From NCBI GenBank assembly GCA_965267575.1, contig OZ254086.1, positions 1,184,001 to 1,248,000 of the forward strand: a DNA stretch of 64,000 bases. The letters run 5' to 3'. Under the pieces are notes generated by a model that saw only the letters and a program-made list of their open reading frames with translations, made no database searches and was not told where the DNA came from. Origin of the DNA: Calditrichales bacterium (GTDB taxonomy: Bacteria > Calditrichota > Calditrichia > Calditrichales > J004). This document shows, in pieces, positions 31,044 through 40,743 of this stretch. The position numbers and the translations under genes are program-made. How positions within the stretch are numbered: position 1 is the stretch's first letter; every line of letters starts with the position of its first letter.

Positions 31044-32009
31044 ATGAAATCCATTGCCATTTTAACAAGCGGCGGCGATGCCCCGGGTATGAACGCTACC
31101 ATTCGTGCCGCCACGCGTACTGCCATCCGCAGGGAAATGAAAGTATACGGAATCCATCGCGGATATTCCGGCCTGGTGTACAGGGAATATGAAGAATTCA
31201 AGCGACATTCGGTTTCAAATATCATTCAGCGCGGCGGGACGATCCTGAAAACCTCGCGTTGCGATGAATGGCGCACACCGCCGGGACGGGAAAAGGGCGC
31301 CAAATTTCTGCGTGAACTGGGCGTGGAAGGCCTGATCGCTATTGGCGGTGACGGCACATTCCGTGGACTGCATTATTTTTCCAAGGAGCATGATATCCCC
31401 GTTATTGGCATTCCCGCCACCATCGATAACGATATTTACGGCACCGATTTTACTATCGGTTACGACACGGCTGTCAATATCGCCATGGAAGCAATCGATA
31501 AAATACGCGATACGGCTGACTCCCACGAACGCCTTTTTGTTATCGAGGTAATGGGCCGCAACTCAGGGTATATCGCGCTCTGTACGGGCGTTGCGGGCGG
31601 GGCTGAAGAAATCCTGATCCCTGAGCGCGAAATAAAGGTAGAGGAGATTGCCGAGCGCATTTTTGAAGGCCGAAAAATGGGCAAAACCAGCAGCGTTGTC
31701 GTGGTGGCGGAAGGCGATGAGGAAGGCAAATCCTACACGCTGGCCAATAAGATAAAGCGTATCAGCGGAATGGATTACAGGATGGTTGTGCTCGGGCATA
31801 TTCAGCGCGGTGGTTCGCCCACTGCCCGCGACCGCGTTCTGGGCAGCACGCTGGGCTGTGAGGCCGTGCTCGGTCTGGAGAACGGCCGCAACAAAGAAAT
31901 GGTGGGCGTGGTCAACGGTGAAATCACCTTTACGCCGCTGGAAGATTCCTGGAAAAAGAAAAAGGACGTGGACGAGGAGCTGTTTAAACTGAACGCCTAC
32001 CTCAGATAG
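31044..32009 (+). CDS. pfkA: ATP-dependent 6-phosphofructokinase
   Basis: TSGGDAPGMNA, GGDGT, TIDND, EVMGR, LGHIQRGG. Confidence 0.95.
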   Translation: MKSIAILTSGGDAPGMNATIRAATRTAIRREMKVYGIHRGYSGLVYREYEEFKRHSVSNIIQRGGTILKTSRCDEWRTPPGREKGAKFLRELGVEGLIAIGGDGTFRGLHYFSKEHDIPVIGIPATIDNDIYGTDFTIGYDTAVNIAMEAIDKIRDTADSHERLFVIEVMGRNSGYIALCTGVAGGAEEILIPEREIKVEEIAERIFEGRKMGKTSSVVVVAEGDEEGKSYTLANKIKRISGMDYRMVVLGHIQRGGSPTARDRVLGSTLGCEAVLGLENGRNKEMVGVVNGEITFTPLEDSWKKKKDVDEELFKLNAYLR

Positions 32010-32658
32010 CCACAGCGGTTTTCACTTCCGGCAGCGGTCCAACCACAGCACGGATTTTGTCGCCGGGGGTAAGCGGACCCACACCGGCCGGCGTCCCGGT
32101 CAAGACAACATCGCCGGGCAGCAACGTAAAAATGTGCGAGATATAACTTATCAGCGTATGCAGCGGAAAGATCATCTGGCCGGTATTGCCCTTTTGGCGC
32201 ACTTCACCATTTTGCTCCAGCAGCACCTCCCATTGGCCATCATAATTAACCCGGGCCGAGTCCGCAAAGCGCGATACGGGGCAGGCGCGATCAAACCCTT
32301 TGGCCACGCTCCAGGGCAGGCCTGCTTTCTTGGCCTCACTTTGCACGTCACGCAAAGTTAGATCCAGGGCCATGCCATAGCCGCGCACATAATCCAGCGC
32401 TTCATCTTCAGCAACGCGTTGTGCTTTTTTGCCGATCACCACGGCCAGCTCCAGCTCGTAATGCACGGCACCCTTATCGCGCGGAATTATCAGCGCTTCT
32501 TCCATCGGGCAAAGTGCCGTGGAAGGTTTTAAAAACAGAACCGGGTCTTTGGTGCGTTGCGCCTTCATCTCTTCGATATGCTCGCCGTAGTTTCTGCCCA
32601 CCGCCACGATCTTGCTGCATTCTACGCGGCTGCCGTCATTCATCTGTATATAATTCAT
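32002..32658 (-). CDS. Fumarylacetoacetate hydrolase family protein
   Basis: VGRNY, FLKP, HYELEL, DLTLRD, GDVVLTGTPAGVG. Confidence 0.92.
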   Translation of the reverse strand: MNYIQMNDGSRVECSKIVAVGRNYGEHIEEMKAQRTKDPVLFLKPSTALCPMEEALIIPRDKGAVHYELELAVVIGKKAQRVAEDEALDYVRGYGMALDLTLRDVQSEAKKAGLPWSVAKGFDRACPVSRFADSARVNYDGQWEVLLEQNGEVRQKGNTGQMIFPLHTLISYISHIFTLLPGDVVLTGTPAGVGPLTPGDKIRAVVGPLPEVKTAVAI

Positions 32659-33953
32659 CAGTCCAAAATCCGTAATAGTTTAATACCTGTTCGTGTTATC
32701 CGTTCACGATCCACTTCTTTCAAAGCGTCGCGTACTTCCTTTTCCTGGGCGTTTTCAACAAATATGTGCACGTAGCCCAGTTCGTTGCCATTGCTCTTAT
32801 CCACTTCGGCATGCGCCGAAACGATATTGATATTGTGGCTGCCTATGATATTTGTCAGTTTGCCCATCACGCCGGGTTTGTCCACACAGGGAAAGCGCAG
32901 GTAATAGGACGTAACCACATCGTTGATATCCGTAACCGGTTTATTATTCCAGTTAAAGGTAAAGTAATCGCGGCGCGGGCTTTTAAATATGCGATTGCCT
33001 ACCTCCACGAGGTCGCGCATGATCAGGCTGCTTGTGGGCTTGGTGCCCACACCCAGACCGTAAACCATGTATTCGCCCAGCAGGTCGGTTTTAATATAAT
33101 AGGCGTTGTATTCACCGCGCACCGAAACCAGCGGATGGCTCCTCGGCACCAGTGTCGGATGCACTCGGATTTCAAATTTGTCTTTGTGGTCGCGCAGGAT
33201 AGCCAGCGGCTTAATTTCGTAGCCGTATTGCTTGGCGCATTTAATGTCATACTGCGTGATATCGGCGATGCCCTCGGCGTAAACATCAAGAAAACCAATA
33301 TCAATCCCAAAGGCCGTTGCCGCCAGGATGGCAACTTTCATGGCTGAATCCGAGCCTTCATAATCCACAACGGCAATCGACTCCGCCATTTTCAAAATTT
33401 CCGGCATTTCCAGCACCTGGTGCAAGGAACGGCTGTTGTCCGTCATCTGGTCGAGGATGAAGTTGGATACGCCGCTGACGATGCCGGTCATTTCGGTGAT
33501 GCGGTTGGCCACCAGGTCGCGCTGCAGGATAGCCGAAACGGGAATGCCACCGCCAAGCGACGGCTCGGTCAGAAAATGGATCTGGTTCTCGTTGGCCAGG
33601 TCAGAAAGCTCGTGGATTTTGGCGGCCAGCAGGGCACGATTGGCGGAAATGATGTGTTTCTTTTTTTCAATAAACTTGCGGATGATACTGAACGTCGGCT
33701 CAATACCGCCTATGGCGTCGACCACCACCCTGATCTTTTTGTCGCGCAAAATGTCATTGGGGTCGCTTGTGAACAGGCTCGCATCGACATCCGCGGGGCG
33801 CTTAAAATTTTTATTGCGAACCAGGATTTTGGCGGGATTCAGGTCAAAGCCGGTCTTGTCATGGATTGACTTACGCGTTGCCTGCAGGGCTTTGTAGAAA
33901 CCCTGGCCCATTTTTCCAAAACCCAAAAGGGCAAAATTGAGTTGGTTGCTCAT
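32658..33953 (-). CDS. hom: Homoserine dehydrogenase-like protein with C-terminal ACT domain (divergent)
   Basis: GFGKMG, GGGIP, NFIL, DYEGSDSAMK, VHPTLV, YYLRF..VDKPGV ACT. Confidence 0.8.
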   Translation of the reverse strand: MSNQLNFALLGFGKMGQGFYKALQATRKSIHDKTGFDLNPAKILVRNKNFKRPADVDASLFTSDPNDILRDKKIRVVVDAIGGIEPTFSIIRKFIEKKKHIISANRALLAAKIHELSDLANENQIHFLTEPSLGGGIPVSAILQRDLVANRITEMTGIVSGVSNFILDQMTDNSRSLHQVLEMPEILKMAESIAVVDYEGSDSAMKVAILAATAFGIDIGFLDVYAEGIADITQYDIKCAKQYGYEIKPLAILRDHKDKFEIRVHPTLVPRSHPLVSVRGEYNAYYIKTDLLGEYMVYGLGVGTKPTSSLIMRDLVEVGNRIFKSPRRDYFTFNWNNKPVTDINDVVTSYYLRFPCVDKPGVMGKLTNIIGSHNINIVSAHAEVDKSNGNELGYVHIFVENAQEKEVRDALKEVDRERITRTGIKLLRILD

Positions 33954-34357
33954 TATTTGTCTGCCAATACCGTGGATACGACCACTTTGTAGTAGCCGTT
34001 TTTGCGCAGCAGATCCATAATACGGATGACCGTTCCGTGGTTAACATCGCTGTCGGCCTTTAAAACAATCTGCTGCTGGTCGTTTACATCTTTGAGAGAT
34101 TTGATCTCTTCAACCATGGTGTTCAATGTAATAAGCTGATCGTTTAAAAAAACATTTTTTTCTTTATCCAGGTAGATGATCACTTTTTGCGTGGTGTGGC
34201 TCTGGGCGCTTTCCGCTTCCGGCAAATTAAGCTGTATGCCGGGCTGCTCCAAAAAGGTGGAGGAAACGGCAAAAAAGATAATCAGAATGAATAGCACGTC
34301 GATCAGCGAGGTCAGGTTGAGCGTCAGTTTTTTGGGCTTGCGAATGGAAAGACGCAT
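33953..34357 (-). CDS. exbD: Biopolymer transporter ExbD/TolR
   Basis: NLTSLIDVLFILIIFF, LKAD. Confidence 0.9.
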   Translation of the reverse strand: MRLSIRKPKKLTLNLTSLIDVLFILIIFFAVSSTFLEQPGIQLNLPEAESAQSHTTQKVIIYLDKEKNVFLNDQLITLNTMVEEIKSLKDVNDQQQIVLKADSDVNHGTVIRIMDLLRKNGYYKVVVSTVLADK

Positions 34358-34986
34358 CAGGAAGCCTCCTGCGCTTCACCTTGCTTGAGGCGGTGGATTT
34401 TTTGCACCAGCGTGTTGGCGTATTTCTCGATATCGAGGATCAGGCTTTCTGCTTTACTGGAGAAATAGTTGTAGGCAATAAGCACGGGGATGCCGATAAA
34501 CAGGCCGGTCACTGTGGTAAGCAACGCCTCGGAAATGCCGCCGGACAGCGCCGCCGTTTGCCCGATGCCCTGATCCTTGATCACGCTGAATACCTGCACC
34601 ATACCGAGCACGGTACCAAGCAAACCCAGCAACGGCGCAATCGCCGCGATTGTCTCCAGAATGGTTAAGCCTTTTTCAAGCTCGCGGATGTCCTGGCGGC
34701 CCTGGTCTTCGAGAAGCTGGCGGATATCTTCCTTGTGAAAGTGAACGTTGTCCAGCGCCAGTAAAATCAATCCCGAAAGGGCGCCTTTATATTTGGCGCA
34801 GACATTGCGGGCAAAATCAATATCTTTTAAGGACGAGAAGTTGTCGACAACGGAAATAATCTCCGGCACAATGATCTTTTTTTTGCGCAGGGCGATGGCC
34901 CTTTCCACGACAAATGCCAGCGCGATCAGTGAAGCCAGCGCCAGCGGGTACATCATAATTCCACCACGTTCGAATAGTTCAATCAT
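34357..34986 (-). CDS. exbB: MotA/TolQ/ExbB proton channel
   Basis: APLLGLLGTVLGM, GISEALLTT. Confidence 0.9.
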   Translation of the reverse strand: MIELFERGGIMMYPLALASLIALAFVVERAIALRKKKIIVPEIISVVDNFSSLKDIDFARNVCAKYKGALSGLILLALDNVHFHKEDIRQLLEDQGRQDIRELEKGLTILETIAAIAPLLGLLGTVLGMVQVFSVIKDQGIGQTAALSGGISEALLTTVTGLFIGIPVLIAYNYFSSKAESLILDIEKYANTLVQKIHRLKQGEAQEAS

Positions 34987-34989
34987 CTA

Positions 34990-35868
34990 TCATCTCCTAC
35001 GTAAATCGGGGTAAATCAGGGTTGCGGTTATGCCCAGTTTTTCATCGGGGAAATCATCCGGCAGCGGCAAAAACGGAAACGTGCTGCGGATTGAATTGAC
35101 GCTGGCGTCGAGCAGGGACTCATGTCCCTGGTGGTCGAGCACTTCCAGCGTTATCAAGTTGCCCTGGCGGTCAATCTCCAGGTAGAGCCTGGTGCGTCCG
35201 GAGATCAGGCCAAGGCGGTTGTAGGCCGCGGGCGTAAACCAGACGTTCTGATGCTTGACGCGCAGCTTGTTCAGGTACGGCGCGTAGGCCCAGGCATAGG
35301 TGGAGAGAGACAGCGCGCCGACCTCCTCCACGGAAAATTTTTTCTGCTCGCTGGTCTGGCCGGTGCCGGGGCTGCCAACACTGGCCTCAGATGTTTCTTC
35401 ATCTTCCCGGGTTATGCGGTCTTCACCTTTGGGGTTGTTGGTTTCATCCACCTGCTTGCCGGTGAGGGCTTTACTGCTGAACGGCTTCCAGCCCGGCGGC
35501 TTAAATTGCGTAGACGAAAGATTTGGCGTTTGCCGTGTTCCTTCGCTCATCGGATTGTTGGGACTGGTCTGGTCGGTTTTTTCGGGATTGCGGGCGCGGC
35601 TGTTGCGATCGGACAAAAGGTTGGTCTGGTCGGGTCTTTCCTCATTGAAGTTACGGTTCTCCACGATCAGCCTTTCCTGCTCCTCCTGATCCTGCTGTTG
35701 CGGCCTGTTTTCGGGAAAGATGAACTCCACCTCGGTGGCCTGCGCTTCCTCAACGGGCTCCGCGTTGATTACAAGGATATCGATAAAATCCAGGAAAAGG
35801 AGAAGGGCTGCATGGAACAGAAGGGAAAAAACCGCCGCCAGCCACAATGCTTTTTTGCGTTCAATCAT
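34990..35868 (-). CDS. TonB/TolA-like energy transducer
   Basis: N-terminal TM with SLLFH motif, charged linker, C-terminal IDRQG...LLDASV...PFLPLP. Confidence 0.75.
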   Translation of the reverse strand: MIERKKALWLAAVFSLLFHAALLLFLDFIDILVINAEPVEEAQATEVEFIFPENRPQQQDQEEQERLIVENRNFNEERPDQTNLLSDRNSRARNPEKTDQTSPNNPMSEGTRQTPNLSSTQFKPPGWKPFSSKALTGKQVDETNNPKGEDRITREDEETSEASVGSPGTGQTSEQKKFSVEEVGALSLSTYAWAYAPYLNKLRVKHQNVWFTPAAYNRLGLISGRTRLYLEIDRQGNLITLEVLDHQGHESLLDASVNSIRSTFPFLPLPDDFPDEKLGITATLIYPDLRRR

Positions 35869-36028
35869 ACAAATAATGCCTGCTGCATAGAGCCGTTAAA
35901 TTAGGTGTTGACGGTTTTTTAAGCAATTGAACAATAAACGGTTCCAAAACTTGCAGCGCTTTATCAAAAAATAAAAAAATGGTATATTTCTTTTTAATTG
36001 CGGATTGAAATCGGGGTAGCAATTAATT

Positions 36029-36120
36029 TCCCCTTATTAAAGGGGACTAAGGGGTTGTATTTGTGCGTCAATCATTTATCAATGAAGCACAACCCCCTAA
36101 CCCCCTTTACCAAGGGGGGA
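36029..36120. repeat. Inverted pair of REP-like palindromes
   Basis: TCCCCTTATTAAAGGGGACTAAGGGGTTGT ... ACAACCCCCTAACCCCCTTTACCAAGGGGGGA. Confidence 0.7.
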
Positions 36121-36168
36121 CCATTTCTTACCCGAGCCCGCGTTAAATACTAATTAAAAATAGGCTCA

Positions 36169-37266
36169 ATGTATTTCGATCGTATTGTACTGCAGAAACA
36201 TATAAAGGATTTTTTTGCGCGCACGTTGGAGAATGACCGGTTGGCACACGCCTACCTGTTCTTCGGGCCGGAAGGCAGCGGCAAGGATGCTTTTGCGCTG
36301 GAGCTGGCCAAAGCGCTGAACTGCAGCGACATGTTCGGCAAGCCCTGCGACCAGTGCCCTTCATGTAGCAAAATAAAGCGCCTGGCACATCCCGATGTGA
36401 AGATGCTCTTTCCGATCTCGCGCACGGAGCGTGATAATGAAGGCAAGCTGCTGCCGCTGATGAAGGAGAAAGCAGCCAACCCCTACCGCCAGCCGGCCGT
36501 TGCCGGTCACCTGTCCATCGCCATAGAGCAGATACGAGAGCTGAAAAGCGAGGCCAAGTATGCCCCCTTCGAGGCGCAGAAGCGCGTGTTTATTGTCAGC
36601 GGGGCGGAGTATATGACACGCGAAGCGGCCAACTCTTTTCTGAAGCTGCTGGAAGAACCGCCCAAGGACCTGCTGCTGATCCTCTGCACCAACGATATGC
36701 AGGCCCTGATGGACACGATCCGCTCACGCTGCCAGCCTGTGCGTTTTTCGCCGTTTGATGATCAGCAGATCCGCGATATCGTGGAGCGCTATGCGGAGGT
36801 GGAGCAAAGGGCGCTGGATGCGGCCATACGCGTAAGCCGCCACAACCTGCGGCGCATTTTTGACCGCCTGGACAGCAACGCCGAAGATTACCGCCCGCTG
36901 GCCGTTGAGTTTCTGCGCCACCTGACCAGCGGAAACTGGGTGGGCGCCAACGATATTATTGACGCGCTGGGACAGGGCCGCGACAAAAACAAGGTGCTGG
37001 AATTTATCGAGATGGCTATACTGTGGCTGCGTGACGCGCTCTATTACCACGCCTCGGGCAGCAACACGGAGTTGCTGAACAACGACATGGAGGAATCCAT
37101 CATTAAGTTTGCCGACTTTTTCAAAGAGCTGGATTATGAACGCACGCTGGAGCTTCTGGAAAAAGCCTATCGCGACATAAACGCCAACACGCACCCGGCC
37201 CTTACCCTAACACGGCTGGCCGTGGACATCCAGCGTGAACTGAAGTCCGCCAGGGAGACAGCCTAA
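36169..37266 (+). CDS. holB: DNA polymerase III delta' subunit
   Basis: HAYLFFGPEGSGK, C..PCDQCPSC, HPD, ANSFLKLLEEPP, TIRSRC. Confidence 0.92.
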   Translation: MYFDRIVLQKHIKDFFARTLENDRLAHAYLFFGPEGSGKDAFALELAKALNCSDMFGKPCDQCPSCSKIKRLAHPDVKMLFPISRTERDNEGKLLPLMKEKAANPYRQPAVAGHLSIAIEQIRELKSEAKYAPFEAQKRVFIVSGAEYMTREAANSFLKLLEEPPKDLLLILCTNDMQALMDTIRSRCQPVRFSPFDDQQIRDIVERYAEVEQRALDAAIRVSRHNLRRIFDRLDSNAEDYRPLAVEFLRHLTSGNWVGANDIIDALGQGRDKNKVLEFIEMAILWLRDALYYHASGSNTELLNNDMEESIIKFADFFKELDYERTLELLEKAYRDINANTHPALTLTRLAVDIQRELKSARETA

Positions 37267-37270
37267 GCAT

Positions 37271-38494
37271 ATGAGCAATCGCAAAAAAGAACCACGCATT
37301 TACGACATTACCATTATCGGCGCCGGCATTGTGGGGCTGGCCAGCGCCTACGTCCTTTCCCGCGAAACAGATGCTTCGATCCTCGTCATCGAAGCGGAAA
37401 ATGACCTGGCCCAACACCAGACAGGTCACAACAGCGGCGTGATACATTCGGGCCTCTATTACAAGCCCGGCTCCTACAAAGCGCGCAATTGCGTGGAAGG
37501 CCGGGAGGCCATGTATATCTTTTGCGAGAACAACAATGTGGAGCATGAACGCTGCGGCAAGATCGTGGTGGCGACCAGCAAGAAGGAAATGAATCAGCTG
37601 CTGAAGCTGCAAAAGCGCGGCGAGGAAAACGGCCTGCAGGGGATGAAGCTGCTAAACAGCGACGAGATGCGCGAATACGAGCCGCACGTCGCCGGCAAAG
37701 GCGCGCTTTATGTGCCGCAAACGGGCATCGTGAATTACACGAATGTCTGCAAGGCGCTGGCCTGGCACATCCGTAACAAGGAGCACGAGATCCGCTACAA
37801 CACGCGCTTTTTGAAATACCACCGCGCCAATCCCGGCATGGTGCTGGAAACGTCATCGGGGCCCGTGCACACAAAACACCTGATCAACTGCGCCGGGCTG
37901 CAATCGGACCGTGTGGCCAGGCTGTGCAAGGTAAGACCGGGCGTGCGGATTGTCCCTTTCCGGGGCGAATACTATGTACTTAAAAAGGAGAAGCAGCACC
38001 TGGTACGCAACCTGATCTACCCCGTGCCCGATCCAAGCTTTCCCTTCCTTGGCGTTCATTTTACACGGATGATCGATGGCGGCGTGGAGGCAGGACCCAA
38101 CGCCGTACTGGCCTTTAAGCGCGAAGGCTACGACAAAAGCTCGTTCAGCATTCGCGATACGCTGGATACGTTCCGTTTCCCGGGATTCTGGTCTTTGGCG
38201 TTGCGCTATGGCGTAACCGGACTTGGTGAGTTTTACAGATCACTGAGCAAAAGCGCTTTTGTGGAGGCGTTGCAAAAGCTTGTACCGGAGGTGAGCGAAG
38301 AGGATGTGGAACCCGGCGGCGCAGGTGTCCGCGCCCAGGCCCTGAAAGCCAACGGCCAACTGGTGGATGATTTCTTCATCCGTGAGAGCGAAAACATGAT
38401 CCACGTGCTGAACGCCCCCTCCCCTGCCGCCACGGCCTCGCTCAGCATCGGCCGGCGCATCGCAAACCTGGCGAAGGAAAATTTCAGGATATAA
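37271..38494 (+). CDS. lhgO: L-2-hydroxyglutarate oxidase
   Basis: GAGIVG, HQTGHNSGVIHSGLYY, FLGVHFT, NAPSPAATAS. Confidence 0.92.
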   Translation: MSNRKKEPRIYDITIIGAGIVGLASAYVLSRETDASILVIEAENDLAQHQTGHNSGVIHSGLYYKPGSYKARNCVEGREAMYIFCENNNVEHERCGKIVVATSKKEMNQLLKLQKRGEENGLQGMKLLNSDEMREYEPHVAGKGALYVPQTGIVNYTNVCKALAWHIRNKEHEIRYNTRFLKYHRANPGMVLETSSGPVHTKHLINCAGLQSDRVARLCKVRPGVRIVPFRGEYYVLKKEKQHLVRNLIYPVPDPSFPFLGVHFTRMIDGGVEAGPNAVLAFKREGYDKSSFSIRDTLDTFRFPGFWSLALRYGVTGLGEFYRSLSKSAFVEALQKLVPEVSEEDVEPGGAGVRAQALKANGQLVDDFFIRESENMIHVLNAPSPAATASLSIGRRIANLAKENFRI

Positions 38495-38559
38495 ATCCCG
38501 TCTTATTCTATACGCCATGAAGAGCATGAAGGGCTTGTGTGGGATTGCCGCAGCTTGCT

Positions 38560-38617
38560 GTGCGTATGATTCTTTTATTTCATTAGACACATCCGGATGG
38601 AAGAATAGTTTAGGCAT
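38560..38617 (-). pseudogene. 5' remnant of RelE/ParE-type toxin
   Basis: MPKLFFHPDVSNEIKESY directly after the antitoxin; similarity and AT-richness end after about 19 codons. Confidence 0.55.
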
Positions 38618-38622
38618 TTGCT

Positions 38623-38844
38623 TTAGCCTTTGATTCCTTGCTTTATTTTATCCCACGTTACAGGCTTAACATTTCCACTTACAAGGTCATCATATCTTTT
38701 CTCAGCTAATTTGGCCCATGCAGAATCGACTTCTTCATCAATCACTGTGTCTAAAGATGAAATGATTATATGGGCCATTAAGGCTCTCTCTTTAGGATTT
38801 AGCTGTTTGACGTTTTCTAAAATTTGCTTAAAATCTTTTGACAT
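38623..38844 (-). CDS. Addiction module antitoxin component (TIGR02574-like)
   Basis: L...ERA..A..IISSLD...VDSAWAKLAEKR...SG.VKPVTW pattern. Confidence 0.8.
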   Translation of the reverse strand: MSKDFKQILENVKQLNPKERALMAHIIISSLDTVIDEEVDSAWAKLAEKRYDDLVSGNVKPVTWDKIKQGIKG

Positions 38845-38940
38845 ATATTCTCCATGAATACTTTATCTAAAAATAAGTCTGGCGAGCGAGTTGCCAAAAT
38901 TAATAGACAAACTTCGAATTATATCTTTTGAATGGACAAA

Positions 38941-40206
38941 CTATTTGAGATATAAAATCTTTTGAACATCTCTGAAAAAACCTGCTGAAAACCGGGAAAA
39001 ATAAATCCCGCTTGGTAATGGTTTTCCATCAACCGTTCCATCCCATAACAAAGTATGCTCACCGGCATTTTTTGGTTCATTGATAAGCGTGGTGACGTGT
39101 TTACTGTTTATCGAATAAATATCGAGAGATACATGTTGATTTACCGGTAAAGAAAAGGAGATTTTTGTAGAACTGTTAAAAGGATTGGGATAGTTTTGCT
39201 GTAAGCGATATCCGGTTGATTCTTTCTCTCCAGCATCAATCGAATTAATAATTTTACCCGATTCTATCAATACCGATGATTCTCCTGCCAATGATAATTT
39301 AACAACCCGAAACTCTTCAACGCCTCTTCCGCTGCCGTGACCGGTTTCAAATACGAAAATGGCGCCGTCATTATAGGCAATACCAAGCGGGAACCATTCC
39401 CCGCCGGAATAATAGAAATCGCTGTGTTTACCTTCCGGGGTTACTTTCAAAACCCGGGCATTTGAATAATAAGCAACATAAAAATTGCCATTTTCGTCGA
39501 TATCCAGATCATACATTGTATTGTAATTATTTCCACCCCAGGGATTGTCCGGGGGATTATTCTCCAGTAAACCGCTGGCAATCGTAGTCACCTGGCCATC
39601 GCTTGTAATCTTTCGGATAGCACCATCATCGCTTACATAAATGTTGCCATCACTAAGCAGGGTCATTGCATCGATTTTTGTAAACCGTGCTTCCAGCCGG
39701 TATCCGTCTTCGGTGCCTCTCAAGCCGCCGATATAGGGATAATATTTACCGCTGGGTTCTCTTTTATAAATATAAACGTAAACATCATCTCCTTTGGTAT
39801 AGATGTGTTGATAATACAAATTTCCATCTTTATCCAGTGCAAATTTGCTACCCAACAGATCACTGTTATTTGTTGGTTCAATGACGTAGCTTTCTTCACC
39901 GTTTGGGGCAACTTTAATTAGACTTACCCAGCCATTGCCCAGCTGAGTTTCTTCGTTTTCCAGATAAAGATTATCATGTTCATCCACAAATAACTGATGC
40001 ACCCACTTATCCGAATATAGTTTTAGCAATGTGTTATTGGGTGAATATTTCCAGATGGCCCTGTTACCGATATTGGTAAAATAAAAATTGCCTTTTGAGT
40101 CGAATTCAGTGCCCCAGCCTTCATGTGCTTTTACAGATGTAAATACAGTTGTCAGCAACATAAACAGATATAATATTCTTTTAGGCATGACACTCCTTAA
40201 ATTCAT
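38941..40206 (-). CDS. Secreted NHL-repeat/beta-propeller protein with C-terminal sorting domain
   Basis: DSKGNFYF, DKDGNLY, DGNIYVSD, IRKITSDGQVTT repeats; QNYPNPFNSST...LPSGIYF tail. Confidence 0.8.
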   Translation of the reverse strand: MNLRSVMPKRILYLFMLLTTVFTSVKAHEGWGTEFDSKGNFYFTNIGNRAIWKYSPNNTLLKLYSDKWVHQLFVDEHDNLYLENEETQLGNGWVSLIKVAPNGEESYVIEPTNNSDLLGSKFALDKDGNLYYQHIYTKGDDVYVYIYKREPSGKYYPYIGGLRGTEDGYRLEARFTKIDAMTLLSDGNIYVSDDGAIRKITSDGQVTTIASGLLENNPPDNPWGGNNYNTMYDLDIDENGNFYVAYYSNARVLKVTPEGKHSDFYYSGGEWFPLGIAYNDGAIFVFETGHGSGRGVEEFRVVKLSLAGESSVLIESGKIINSIDAGEKESTGYRLQQNYPNPFNSSTKISFSLPVNQHVSLDIYSINSKHVTTLINEPKNAGEHTLLWDGTVDGKPLPSGIYFSRFSAGFFRDVQKILYLK

Positions 40207-40370
40207 TTTAGCTTTATTTTCTTACGGGTTTAAAGTGCCGTACTACGGGTAAAATAAAAATAAGTTATCTGGCAGGACAGGGGGGACAATTTTGGAAAAC
40301 GGCTGGCCAACGGCATGTTCTTTTGCAGGCTGCAGGCGGGTAATTTTGTGCAAACACGCAGATGGTACTT

Positions 40371-40467
40371 TTGTAACGATGAGCATAACGGGCACGAACG
40401 CTGAACAAACTTCCAGTTGCAAAATCATGCCCCGCGTGAAGTGTCCGCGTTAATGCTGTTGTTATGT
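40371..40467 (-). other. attC site, terminal in left array
   Basis: Minus: ACATAAC-AACAG-CATTAAC...CGTTATG-CTCATC-GTTACAA (R''-L''...L'-R'). Confidence 0.85.
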
Positions 40468-40487
40468 TGCCATTATTTTATATAATA

Positions 40488-40680
40488 TTACTCAATTATA
40501 TCATTCCAATCAGAAGTAATTTTTAGTTTATTATTATTATTTTCAACTTTGAAACGTATGGTATCTGCACCAACTGGGTATTTAACAATTAAATCTGATC
40601 TTCCGACATTTAATGGTATAATTTCTCTAGTTGTTAATTTTATTATTGAAGAATCAAATCCTGAAAAACCGCATGCAAAA
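40488..40680 (-). pseudogene. 5'-truncated cassette gene
   Basis: AT-rich ORF end upstream of attC; its 5' part and the GTT start expected from R'' are missing. Confidence 0.6.
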
Positions 40681-40684
40681 TTTT

Positions 40685-40739
40685 CAAAGTGGAAATTCAC
40701 CGTCGCGCGGTTAATTCCCAGTTAATGCTGGTGTTATAC
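40685..40739 (-). other. Truncated attC (left half only)
   Basis: Minus: GTATAAC-ACCAG-CATTAAC-TGGGAATTAACCGCGCGACGGTGAATTTCC, homologous to attC at 51797-51894; L'/R' absent. Confidence 0.7.
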
Positions 40740-40743
40740 AGGT

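Noticed and set aside
38240-38617. 125-aa ORF as an intact toxin
   Set aside because: After about 19 codons it reads through repeat DNA and antisense lhgO
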